Positions 37,058 to 45,707 are shown, counted from the stretch's first letter. The stretch: 64,000 bases of DNA from SAR202 cluster bacterium (GCA_009392295.1 VFGW01000020.1:4616-68615); one strand, 5' to 3'. Notes: generated by a model from the sequence alone, not told the origin. Translations and numbers: made by a program.

Positions 37058-37200
37058 GTGGCCCTCGATGACAGGCATCGAGGGCAGCTCAAGGAGGAAC
37101 CAGTGTTGAAAGATACCAAATTAATGAATGGAACCAAATCATCCACTGGAGTCTGAAATATACCATATAATGATATTCAGCGCAAGAAGAAGGCTATATA
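37058..37200. other. GC-enriched structured island in a divergent intergenic region (candidate leader/ncRNA; strand unresolved)
   Basis: A perfect 10-bp hairpin at 37061-37085 (GCCCTCGATG-acagg-CATCGAGGGC). AAGGAGG at 37091-37097, with a GTG 5 nt later opening a 17-codon ORF (37103-37156). A stem CCAGTG(37100-05)/CACTGG(37144-49). A hairpin CTGAAATAT..ATATTCAG (37153-37180). Confidence 0.35.
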
Positions 37201-37306
37201 TTGCGTATAATATTTTATTGATACATAGATTATTGATTAGTTGACTCATTTGATTGTATATTGAGACAATTGTTATAGAAAAATATTTTAAATAGGTTGT
37301 AATTTT

Positions 37307-38272
37307 ATGAAATTCTCTTTACATGATATACATCAATTTAGGAATAAATTATTAATAGTATTGTCTATGCTATTTTTTTTGTTATTATTTTCATCTTGTA
37401 AAAATAATATTGAAAATTCAAAAATCACATCTACACCTACTGCAACTTCTTTAAAAAATTCAGAATCTTCTACTACATCTCGTAGAATTAATGTTGTTCT
37501 TGCTACAATTGATCTTGCTATAGGTCGCAATCGATTGACATTTGGACTTGTTGATTCTGACCAATCGCCATTACGTGTTGATTCTGTTAAAACTGATTAT
37601 TTATTTATGGATGCTTCAAAGATTGAGGTATTAGTAGAAGGCGAAGCTAAATATGTTCAATGGCCAGTTAGCAAATCTGGTGTATATGTTTCAAGAGTAA
37701 ATTTTGATACACCAGGTACTTGGATGATTAGAGTTAAAGGCATTGATAACGACGGTAATAATTTTTTTGCTGAAACAAGATTCGCTGTTAAATCTAAAAG
37801 TTTTACACCTGCGATAGATTCAAAAGTACCACAGAGCCAAAATAAGAAACTATCTGATGTAGAGGATATCTCTGAAATTTCATCCTCTACTGATCCTGAT
37901 TTAAAGTTGTATGAATTGAGTATTTTGGATGCTATTAATAATGATTTGCCAACTGTAGTGGTTTTTGCAACTCCAAAATTTTGCATGACTCAGACTTGTG
38001 GCCCCCAGGTTGCAATTGTATCCAAATTACGAGAAAAATTTGAAGGTCAAGTTAATTTTATACATATAGAAATTTATGAAAATATTAATGACATTGATGG
38101 AGATATTGAAAAGGCAAAAATTTCTCCTATAGTGATGGAATGGGGAATAGTTAGTGAGCCATTTACTTTTATTATTAAACGTAATGGTTTGTTACATTCT
38201 AAATTTGAGGGTTATACCTCAGAAAATGAATTATTTGATGCTATTGATAGAGTGATCAATTTTAAAAAATGA
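37307..38272 (+). CDS. Lipoprotein with Ig-like middle domain and C-terminal thioredoxin-like (TlpA/redoxin-type) domain
   Basis: Lipobox LLFSSC. An Ig-like segment (SGVYVSRVNFDTPGTWMIRV). The thioredoxin-fold motif VVVFATPKFCMTQTCGPQ has the two Cys in a CxxxxC arrangement. Confidence 0.5.
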   Translation: MKFSLHDIHQFRNKLLIVLSMLFFLLLFSSCKNNIENSKITSTPTATSLKNSESSTTSRRINVVLATIDLAIGRNRLTFGLVDSDQSPLRVDSVKTDYLFMDASKIEVLVEGEAKYVQWPVSKSGVYVSRVNFDTPGTWMIRVKGIDNDGNNFFAETRFAVKSKSFTPAIDSKVPQSQNKKLSDVEDISEISSSTDPDLKLYELSILDAINNDLPTVVVFATPKFCMTQTCGPQVAIVSKLREKFEGQVNFIHIEIYENINDIDGDIEKAKISPIVMEWGIVSEPFTFIIKRNGLLHSKFEGYTSENELFDAIDRVINFKK

Positions 38273-38805
38273 GTATTTTGAATAAATCTTTTTTCATATT
38301 ATCTTTATATATTTTTGTTTTCCCTTTCGCAATTTTAAATGCTCAAGAACCTTCAAGTTTAATAGTAAATTACAGAACAGATGCTTTTGTCTTATTAGTA
38401 CGAACATTACCACCTAAGCCTATAGTTGGTACTAGTTATTTCAAGATAGAATTACTCGATCCAGAAAATTACTCTCCTATTTCGGCTGCAAAGATTAAGA
38501 TAATAACTTCAAAAGTCAATCATGCTGATGAAAAATTTCAAATTTTGGCAATCAAAGAAAGAGATCAATCAAAATATTATCATGCGAATGTTACATTTGA
38601 ATCAGCAGGAGATTGGGATCTAAATTTTTTAGTAGATATCAATGGTGTTGAATACCCATCTATAGGTTCAGAGATTTTTATTTCTGCAAAACAAATGACA
38701 AACACTAATTTTGGAAATTATGTTTTTTTTGGAGTTTTACTTTTTATTATTTCAGCTTTGTTAGTTTTGTATAAGTTTTCAAAGAATACTAAAGACGATA
38801 ATTGA
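38269..38805 (+). CDS. FixH/YtkA-like Ig-fold protein with N-terminal signal and C-terminal TM anchor
   Basis: ATGA overlap with the upstream gene. The pattern G.SYFKIELLD....PI..AKI.I.......YHANVTFESAGDWDLNFLV is followed by a TM helix (FFGVLLFIISALLVLY). This is a weak, motif-level call. Confidence 0.35.
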   Translation: MSILNKSFFILSLYIFVFPFAILNAQEPSSLIVNYRTDAFVLLVRTLPPKPIVGTSYFKIELLDPENYSPISAAKIKIITSKVNHADEKFQILAIKERDQSKYYHANVTFESAGDWDLNFLVDINGVEYPSIGSEIFISAKQMTNTNFGNYVFFGVLLFIISALLVLYKFSKNTKDDN

Positions 38806-38806
38806 G

Positions 38807-39076
38807 CTAATCGTCCATTGAAATGATCGTTAATATACCATTATTGAGTATATATTTTATTGTGATAGGTTCATTAACTATTTGATGGTGACGTAGGTGC
38901 GAAGGTGTAAAACCTTTATATATTTGTGGTTTTAGAATAAATATTTTTTTGTTTTTATCTTTAATGTGTATTTCAGACACGATGGTTAATGAATTAGATT
39001 CGACATGAATTACATGGCCCCTAATTTCTTCTATTGATTGATTAGATATACATGCGGTTAACGATATTAATATCAA
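38807..39076 (-). CDS. Small putative lipoprotein (true start probably upstream, possibly a non-canonical ATT at 39127)
   Basis: The track ORF starts inside a signal-peptide-like sequence. The same frame stays open upstream and reads IFIKIRKKFNKIYFYILLILISLTAC (basic n-region, h-region, lipobox LTAC), preceded by AGGAGA. Confidence 0.35.
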   Translation of the reverse strand: MILISLTACISNQSIEEIRGHVIHVESNSLTIVSEIHIKDKNKKIFILKPQIYKGFTPSHLRHHQIVNEPITIKYILNNGILTIISMDD

Positions 39077-39178
39077 TAGGATATAAAAATAAATCTTATT
39101 AAATTTTTTTCGTATTTTAATAAAAATGAATTGTCTCCTAAAATTATTAAAAATAAAGTATTAAATTACGGATATATT

Positions 39179-39250
39179 TTAATTGACTTAACTAAATACC
39201 TTCTCAATTATTATATCGGTGAAAAGTTGTCCTACATATTAATTGACTTA
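39179..39250 (+). repeat. Two exact copies of TTAATTGACTTA spaced 60 bp apart, upstream of the VWA-FHA gene
   Basis: The copies are at 39179-39190 and 39239-39250. The second contains TTGACT, followed 16-17 nt later by TATAAA/ATAAAT, making a promoter candidate about 30 nt upstream of ATG 39299. Confidence 0.35.
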
Positions 39251-39298
39251 TGCTTTGAAGTAAATATAAATTATTTCTTATAAAGGTTTTATACAAAT

Positions 39299-41479
39299 AT
39301 GAAAATTTTCAAGACAGTCAGTTTTTTATTAGTGTTGTGTGTATTATGCACTTCATTATTTATACATGACAATAAAGTTTCTGCAGAAGAAAACACTTTG
39401 CAAGGCTCTATTTTTCTGTATAGTGGGCGTTTGGATGTAGATAATGATGATTTTGTTAATTTAATCGACTCAGTAATTTTATATATTTCAGCGATAGATT
39501 CTTTAGATTTTGTTGCTTTTGTAAACGGAGCTAATTCGAAAGATTTTATTGGGCCACATCAAAATTCTATTGAAGAATTACAAAATTTTCATAAAATTTT
39601 ATCTGAAAACATAATTTTAAATTCAAATTCAGATTCCAACGGTTTATTTAATTCTTTAAATTCTCTTAATAATATTTATCCAAATCTGAGTATGATAAAA
39701 GGATCCAAAATTTATTTACTAGATAGTAATTCTTTTTCTACTCAAGAAGATCTTGCAAAAATATATAAATCTGAAATATATAGTAATTTATTACAAAATC
39801 AAATTGAAATAAATTTTATTAACTTATCAAATGAAGAAAATATAAGTGAAGTAGTGGATGTAATCACAAACGATTCAGGTGGAAAATATTTTAATTTAAA
39901 TGATTCAAAATCTATCACACAATTTTTAAAAAATGTTTATTCTGAATCATCATTTTTATATAAACAAAATTCTATTGATGAGAATTTTTCTTCAGATGAA
40001 GTTATGATCACGGAACTTCATGTTTTGCCACAGACTTCAGATTTTGAGATAGGCATATTAAATAATTTACCTTCCAATATGACTATTTTACTTAAAGATC
40101 CTTTAGGTAACAATTTTAGAATTTCAAAAGATAAGTCTGTTGAAAATATTCAATTTATATATACAGAAAATGTAAAATTAATAAATATTAAGAATCCTAC
40201 TTCAGGTATTTGGAATCTAGAAATTTCTGGAGTAAATGGATATTTATCTGTTTTAGAAAAATTTAGACATAAATATTCTTTAATTATTAATTCCCACGAA
40301 ATTGTGCAAATAAATAAACCCTCTTTAATCGTAGGAACAATTTTTCATGATGAAATTCAAATAGTTAACCCCATTGATTTTTCTGAAACAAAAATGTTTT
40401 TAACTGTTATTAATCCTGAAGATGTAGAGATAGTACTTGAAATGCTTGATGATGGTACTGGCAGAGATGAGGCTAAATCTGATGGAAAATATACTGCTTT
40501 ATTACCGCCATTTTCAACACCTGGAGAATATAGGTTGTCTGCAGAAATGAAATTTTCCGGTTTAAATAATGTGATTAAATCTCAAAAGACAATTAAAATT
40601 GCTCCTTTTCCAAAAATAGACTTCAATAAGATTTCTCTTCCTGATAATTTTGAGTTAAACCAGAAATATAAAATTGCTGATGTGTTTGTTAACGTTTTGG
40701 GTGAACCATACCCTATTGCGGAGAATTTATTATCTGTAAATGTTTCTTCTGAATTAAATGTGCTGAATAATCAATTGGATATTGTTCCTAAGCCTGTTTT
40801 TTATGGAGGCCCTGCTTGGGAATATGAATTATTTTTCACTCCAAAAGATTATGGTAATATCACTTTTAGTTTTACTATTGCCATGGTTTATTATGACGTT
40901 TCAATGCTTTTCACTTCAGATGCGTTGATATTTGAATTTAGTAAATCTACGGAAAATAAAAACAATTCAGAATCTAATAAAACACAAAAAATTAATCCTA
41001 CTAATATTAAGTCTACTCCAATACCGGTAGATTCAAATTCCAATATTAATATTTCGGTACCTCAAGATAATACTTCTGTAAGCAATATTAAATCTAATCA
41101 AAATGATTTGATGATATATATTTTTATAGCAATTTTTTTACTTATAGGAATATATTTTGCTAGAAGAAAAATGTTGAGTTCTCCATATGGGTTTTTACTT
41201 GATAGTAATGACTCTCCGATTGTTGACTTTCGTTATGTGAAACGTAATTTAATTAATAGAATCTTTTTCAAAAATGTTATAAATGGAAAAGATTTAAATA
41301 TTCCTTCAATTGAAAATATAGTATTTAAATTTTCAAAAAACGGTGTGTTGATTTATTCAACTAATTCAGATGCACAAATAAGGGTAAATAATCAACCAAT
41401 TATGGAAAAGATTTTAATTTCTGAGAATAGTTGGATAGGTATTGGTGGTAATTTATATTCTTTTAAATTTAATTTATAG
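39299..41479 (+). CDS. Secreted VWA-like (degenerate MIDAS) - Ig-like repeats - single TM - cytoplasmic FHA-like domain protein
   Basis: Signal peptide (VSFLLVLCVLCTSLF). VWA-fold pattern ending ...NDSGGKYFNLNDSKSITQFLKNVY, with YSGRL in place of DxSxS. A DDGTGRDEAKSDGKYTA motif typical of extracellular Ig-like modules. TM helix LMIYIFIAIFLLIGIYFA-RRK. C-terminal about 100 aa with FHA-like beta pattern (..IVFKFSKNGVLIYSTNSDAQIRVNNQPI....L..ENSWIGIGGNLYSFKF). Confidence 0.5.
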   Translation: MKIFKTVSFLLVLCVLCTSLFIHDNKVSAEENTLQGSIFLYSGRLDVDNDDFVNLIDSVILYISAIDSLDFVAFVNGANSKDFIGPHQNSIEELQNFHKILSENIILNSNSDSNGLFNSLNSLNNIYPNLSMIKGSKIYLLDSNSFSTQEDLAKIYKSEIYSNLLQNQIEINFINLSNEENISEVVDVITNDSGGKYFNLNDSKSITQFLKNVYSESSFLYKQNSIDENFSSDEVMITELHVLPQTSDFEIGILNNLPSNMTILLKDPLGNNFRISKDKSVENIQFIYTENVKLINIKNPTSGIWNLEISGVNGYLSVLEKFRHKYSLIINSHEIVQINKPSLIVGTIFHDEIQIVNPIDFSETKMFLTVINPEDVEIVLEMLDDGTGRDEAKSDGKYTALLPPFSTPGEYRLSAEMKFSGLNNVIKSQKTIKIAPFPKIDFNKISLPDNFELNQKYKIADVFVNVLGEPYPIAENLLSVNVSSELNVLNNQLDIVPKPVFYGGPAWEYELFFTPKDYGNITFSFTIAMVYYDVSMLFTSDALIFEFSKSTENKNNSESNKTQKINPTNIKSTPIPVDSNSNINISVPQDNTSVSNIKSNQNDLMIYIFIAIFLLIGIYFARRKMLSSPYGFLLDSNDSPIVDFRYVKRNLINRIFFKNVINGKDLNIPSIENIVFKFSKNGVLIYSTNSDAQIRVNNQPIMEKILISENSWIGIGGNLYSFKFNL

Positions 41480-41491
41480 GTCCGGATTTAT

Positions 41492-41635
41492 ATGGATTTT
41501 ACATTTTTTATTAATATATATTTTTCATTAGTATTTTTACTGATTTTTCTTTCAGGTTTTTCTTTGATATTTCTTATGATTAATTTGTTGCCTGAAATAT
41601 TAATTAAAAAAATTCGTAGTAATTCAAGAAATTAA
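41492..41635 (+). CDS. Possible 47-aa single/double-TM micro-protein
   Basis: The ATG lies 13 nt after the upstream stop. The sequence is MDFTFFINIYFSLVFLLIFLSGFSLIFLMINLLPEILIKKIRSNSRN, a hydrophobic core with a basic tail. It is below the ORF-track length cut-off and has no SD, so chance cannot be excluded. Confidence 0.2.
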   Translation: MDFTFFINIYFSLVFLLIFLSGFSLIFLMINLLPEILIKKIRSNSRN

Positions 41636-41726
41636 ACTATCCCTTATTAATATGTATTATGAATGATACTGAGAAGCTGCTCATAAAACATAGGTAATTA
41701 TATTTTAAATTTAAATATTCAAGATT

Positions 41727-42134
41727 ATGACAAGAATAAATATTATTCCAGTTGAAGAATTAATGGACCAACATCTTATTGCTGAATATAGAGAGATCAC
41801 CATGGTACCTGCTAGTCTTAAAAGAACTATATTATCTAAAGAAGGTTTAAAATTAAGTAAAATATCTAAAAATTACACTCTAAACAAAGGCCATATATAT
41901 TTCTTTTATAATAAAGGTAAATATCTGAGTCGACGTTATGAATTATTAGCAGATGAAATGAGAAAACGGGGATTTAGACCTAATGAAAATCGTAAATTTC
42001 CAGTGGATATTTTTAAGAAGAATGGCTTATTTAATGATTGGAATCCTTCTCAACATGAATATAATATTATTCGAGAACGAATAAAAACAAAAATTGACAA
42101 AAATCCAACATGGTATAGGAAAACAAAAAAATAG
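41727..42134 (+). CDS. Pyrimidine-dimer DNA glycosylase / AP lyase (T4 endonuclease V family)
   Basis: MTRINIIPVEELMDQHLIAEYREI aligns with T4 DenV [24 protein letters not shown]. The N-terminal Thr2 nucleophile and Glu23 are conserved, as is the C-terminal PTWYRK motif. Length (135 aa) is similar. Confidence 0.85.
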   Translation: MTRINIIPVEELMDQHLIAEYREITMVPASLKRTILSKEGLKLSKISKNYTLNKGHIYFFYNKGKYLSRRYELLADEMRKRGFRPNENRKFPVDIFKKNGLFNDWNPSQHEYNIIRERIKTKIDKNPTWYRKTKK

Positions 42135-42135
42135 T

Positions 42136-44523
42136 TTAAATGTTTAATGCATCTAGACAGGCTTCAACAATTGTTTTTGAATCTAACATATACTCTTCGT
42201 ATAATTTTTCTAATTCACCGGATTGCCCGAAGTCATTGATTCCTAAAGAATAAGTTTGAGCTCCTAATGCGGCACCGATCCAAACTAAAGAATGTGGATG
42301 AGAATCTGTCACTGTAATTGCTGGTACTTTTGTATTTATATTATCAAGTAAAGATATTATTGGGTTTTGGTTTACAGAACTTTTTCCGTTATTAAATTTG
42401 TTGTGTATCCATTTTTGATATTTATCAAATAAAACTCCTGGGCCAGTTACATTAATTACATTACAATCAACTTCCCATTCTTCAAGAATTTTAGTAGCTT
42501 GTAGAACTTCAGGAATTATTGCACCACAACAGAAAATATTTATTAATTTAGTATTTGATTCATTACTGTGAGAGTTTTTCAGGACGTAAGCACCATTTAT
42601 AATTTTTGATCTAAGGGTTTGTTGTTCTGATATATTTTCAGGTAGTTGAAATAAAGATTGTTTAATAGCTTTTTTACTCAATCTTAGATATGTAGAACCA
42701 GTTCTCAGTTTGATTTTATTTAAAGAGTCTAATAAAATCCATTCCAATTCTTTTGCGAAACATGGCTCATACATTGAAATTCCAGGCAATTCAATTCCTA
42801 TAGATGAAGATAAAATTGACTGATGGGCTCCACCTTCACCACTTAATGTAATCCCCGAAGGGGTGCCAACAAAAATGAATTGTGAATTAGAATATGCTCC
42901 ATAAAATAAGGCATCGAGTCCTCTACGTATAAAGCAATCATAAATTGTACCAATTGGAAATAAAATCTCATTATGTCGTTCAAAAGAAAGGCCTAATTGA
43001 CCTAGTAGCATAAACAAGTTATTTTCTGAGATACCTAATTCAATATGTTTTCCTTTAGGTGAAGATGTCCATTGTAAAGGGTCGTCATATTCATTGTGGA
43101 ATTGATTTAAATCCATATTATTATTTATATTATTTTCTTCTTGGTCATCCCATAATAATCCATTTTTATTTGCTATCCATCCTGCAAGACTAGTGGAAGT
43201 TGCTACGTCTGGACTTGTTGTAACTATTCTTTCTGCAAGTTCAGGATTGGAGCGAAGAATTTCTGTTAAAATCATTTGTAAATAATCTTGAGTTGATATG
43301 TCGAATTTTGGTAATGGTCTAGATAATTCGGTAGGTATATTGATTTGATCAATATGTTTTGAGTTTAATTTAGTAGTTTTAGAAAAAATCTTGCCTTTTT
43401 GCAAACAATGTTTACCAGCAGCAGATGATTCAGGTAATTTTGCCCAAATATCCTCTTTTGGGATATTAAGTTTTTGTGATAATTTTTCCATTTGTTCAGG
43501 GTTTAGTAGGGTAGAATGATTTCTTGGCAATCCTAAAGTAGGTAAATTCCATCCTTTAAAAGTATAAGCAAAAATTACTGAAGGTGATGAAGATTTGACT
43601 GATTGATTAAAAGCATCTCTTAATTTGTCAAAATCATGTCCTCCTAAATTACGAAACATTTTGTATAGTTGTGTGTCTGAATAATCATTGAGAAAATTTG
43701 ATAATTCTTTTGAGTGTTTGAAGCCTTGTGGCACTTCAGATCTGAGGTTATTTTGGTCTAATCTTAATAAATATTGATATCTTTGATTAGGCATTTCATC
43801 AATCCAGGTTTTTAGTAAATCACCATTGTTTGAAGAAAAAGCAGTTTCTAGTTGAGTACCGTATTTTGCGTCAATTACATTCCAGCCATTTGCATAGAAC
43901 ATATTTTTCCAATCATTAGCTCTAACACCAGGTATAACTCGATCCAAGCTTTGTCTGTTGAGGTCAACTATCCATATCACGTCATTTAATTTTCCAATTA
44001 CAGGTTCCATAATTGCTTCCCAAACTGAACCTTCATCTAATTCTGCATCACCTAGTAAACTTATATATTTTGAATTATTCGATGTATATTCAAAATGACT
44101 TTCAAGATATTTTTCTACTAGCGAAGCAAAATTAGGAGTAATTGGCCCTAGGCCTACTGATCCTGTAGAGAAATCAACATTATCTGGATCCTTTGTAACA
44201 CTTGGGTATGCTTGTAGGCCACCAAAAGATCTTAGTTGAGTTAGATATTTTTTATCTAATTGCCCTAGAAGGTATTGAATTGCATGAAATACCGGAGCTG
44301 CATGAGGCTTAACAGAAATTTTATCATTAGAGCCCATAAATTCAAAAAATAAATAGGTCATAATTGTTGTTACTGAGGCAGAGGATGCTTGATGACCACC
44401 TAATTTTGGAGAATCTTTTTCATATCTACCGCGATTTGAATGATCGACCATTTTTATAGCTAACCATAATATGCGGTCTTGAATTTCTTCTAAAATTGAG
44501 TTTTTGGTTACGTCATTGGTCAT
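42136..44523 (-). CDS. Homodimeric-type 2-oxoacid dehydrogenase E1 component (AceE-like, ThDP-dependent)
   Basis: LGGHQASSAS, GHAAPVFHA, FSTGSVGLGP, ThDP motif LLGDAELDEGSVWEA...VDLNRQSLD and GWNVID are colinear with E. coli AceE (from memory). I use the start at ATG 44523 (MTNDVTK), not the track start 44598. Confidence 0.75.
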   Translation of the reverse strand: MTNDVTKNSILEEIQDRILWLAIKMVDHSNRGRYEKDSPKLGGHQASSASVTTIMTYLFFEFMGSNDKISVKPHAAPVFHAIQYLLGQLDKKYLTQLRSFGGLQAYPSVTKDPDNVDFSTGSVGLGPITPNFASLVEKYLESHFEYTSNNSKYISLLGDAELDEGSVWEAIMEPVIGKLNDVIWIVDLNRQSLDRVIPGVRANDWKNMFYANGWNVIDAKYGTQLETAFSSNNGDLLKTWIDEMPNQRYQYLLRLDQNNLRSEVPQGFKHSKELSNFLNDYSDTQLYKMFRNLGGHDFDKLRDAFNQSVKSSSPSVIFAYTFKGWNLPTLGLPRNHSTLLNPEQMEKLSQKLNIPKEDIWAKLPESSAAGKHCLQKGKIFSKTTKLNSKHIDQINIPTELSRPLPKFDISTQDYLQMILTEILRSNPELAERIVTTSPDVATSTSLAGWIANKNGLLWDDQEENNINNNMDLNQFHNEYDDPLQWTSSPKGKHIELGISENNLFMLLGQLGLSFERHNEILFPIGTIYDCFIRRGLDALFYGAYSNSQFIFVGTPSGITLSGEGGAHQSILSSSIGIELPGISMYEPCFAKELEWILLDSLNKIKLRTGSTYLRLSKKAIKQSLFQLPENISEQQTLRSKIINGAYVLKNSHSNESNTKLINIFCCGAIIPEVLQATKILEEWEVDCNVINVTGPGVLFDKYQKWIHNKFNNGKSSVNQNPIISLLDNINTKVPAITVTDSHPHSLVWIGAALGAQTYSLGINDFGQSGELEKLYEEYMLDSKTIVEACLDALNI

Positions 44524-44627
44524 ATTAATACCTATAATAATTTTTTTATTATTATGGAAAATAGAGAATTTGTATACAACAAATTTGATATATAACAAAT
44601 GAATTAAAAAAAAAAATTAAATAGAGT

Positions 44628-45707
44628 TTATTGATTTGAATGATTCAGTAATGCATGATCAGCAATAACTAATGCAACCATTGATTCAACAATTGGTACA
44701 GCTCTAGGTAATACACATGGATCGTGTCTTCCTTTACCTTGCATTTCTATTGTATTGTGGTTTGTATCAATGGTTTTTTGTGAGCGAATAATAGTAGCTG
44801 TTGGTTTAAATGCAGCTCTTAGAATAATATTTTCTCCATTAGATATGCCACCCTGCACTCCGCCTGAATGATTTGTTTTAGTTTTGACTGTATTATCATC
44901 ATCAACATAAAATTCGTCGTTATGTTCGCTACCAGTCATTTCAACTCCAGCAAAACCTGATCCAATTTCAAAACCTTTACAAGCGGGAATTGATAAAATA
45001 GCTTTAGCTAAATCAGCGTCTAATTTATCAAAAACTGGTTCTCCAAGACCAACTGGGATATTTTTAGTGACACATTCAATAATCCCACCTAGAGAGTCAC
45101 CATTTTTTCTGGCATCTTTAATTTTTTGAATCATTTTGTTTGCAACTAAATTATCTGGACATCTAACGATGTTAGATTCTATTTCTTTTTTAGTGATATT
45201 ATCAGTTGAAATTGCAGCTTTTAAGTTTGATATTTGTTTTACGAAGGCAAATATTTCTGTGTTGAATTTGTATGATAACCATTGCTTAGCAACTGCACCA
45301 CTAGCAACCCTTGCTATAGTTTCTCTGGCTGAGGCTCTACCTCCTCCTTTCCAATCTCTAATTCCATATTTTGCTTGGTAAGTGTAATCTGCATGAGATG
45401 GACGGAAAATGTTTTTTATATGGTCGTAATCTTTTGATCTTTGATCAGTATTACGTATTAGCATTGATATAGGTGCGCCAGTTGTTTTACCTTCAAATAT
45501 ACCTGATAAAATTTCAACGGAATCTTCTTCTTTTCGTTGTGTAGAAATTTCGCTTTGACCAGGTTTACGTCTCTGGAGTTCATTTTGAATATGTTCAATA
45601 TTAATTTCAAATAAAGAGGGTACTCCATCCAAAGTAACTCCTACAGCAGGACCGTGAGATTCTCCCCAAGACGTAATTTTGAATTTTTTCCCGAATGTAT
45701 TGCCCAT
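44628..45707 (-). CDS. aroC: Chorismate synthase
   Basis: [40 protein letters not shown] and GRHDPCV. Confidence 0.95.
   Translation of the reverse strand: MGNTFGKKFKITSWGESHGPAVGVTLDGVPSLFEINIEHIQNELQRRKPGQSEISTQRKEEDSVEILSGIFEGKTTGAPISMLIRNTDQRSKDYDHIKNIFRPSHADYTYQAKYGIRDWKGGGRASARETIARVASGAVAKQWLSYKFNTEIFAFVKQISNLKAAISTDNITKKEIESNIVRCPDNLVANKMIQKIKDARKNGDSLGGIIECVTKNIPVGLGEPVFDKLDADLAKAILSIPACKGFEIGSGFAGVEMTGSEHNDEFYVDDDNTVKTKTNHSGGVQGGISNGENIILRAAFKPTATIIRSQKTIDTNHNTIEMQGKGRHDPCVLPRAVPIVESMVALVIADHALLNHSNQ

Noticed and set aside
37090-37200. Possible cobalamin riboswitch (AAGGAGGAACCAGTG.., ..TCCACTGG.., ..GAAGAAGGC reminiscent of AGGGAA..GGTG, the GCCACTG B12 box and GGGAAGGC)
   Set aside because: Only loose similarity. 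The B12 box is not intact (TCCACTGG versus GCCACTG), the central conserved core is missing, and the flanking genes are unrelated to cobalamin. A covariance-model search would be needed to revive this idea.
37058-37200. Possible SRP (4.5S) RNA or 6S RNA, because it is a GC island in an AT-rich spacer
   Set aside because: The hairpin is a perfect stem with a 5-nt loop. It lacks the helix-8 GNAR tetraloop and the AGCA/AGG internal-loop motifs. There is no long 5'/3' pairing as in 4.5S or 6S RNAs.
37154-37200. TGA of the 17-codon mini-ORF read as Sec, with the CUGAAAUAU..AUAUUCAG hairpin as SECIS
   Set aside because: The stem is almost purely A/U and the loop has no SECIS-like features. The read-through peptide (NIPYNDIQRKKKAIYCV) is short and featureless. 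Chance is the simpler explanation.
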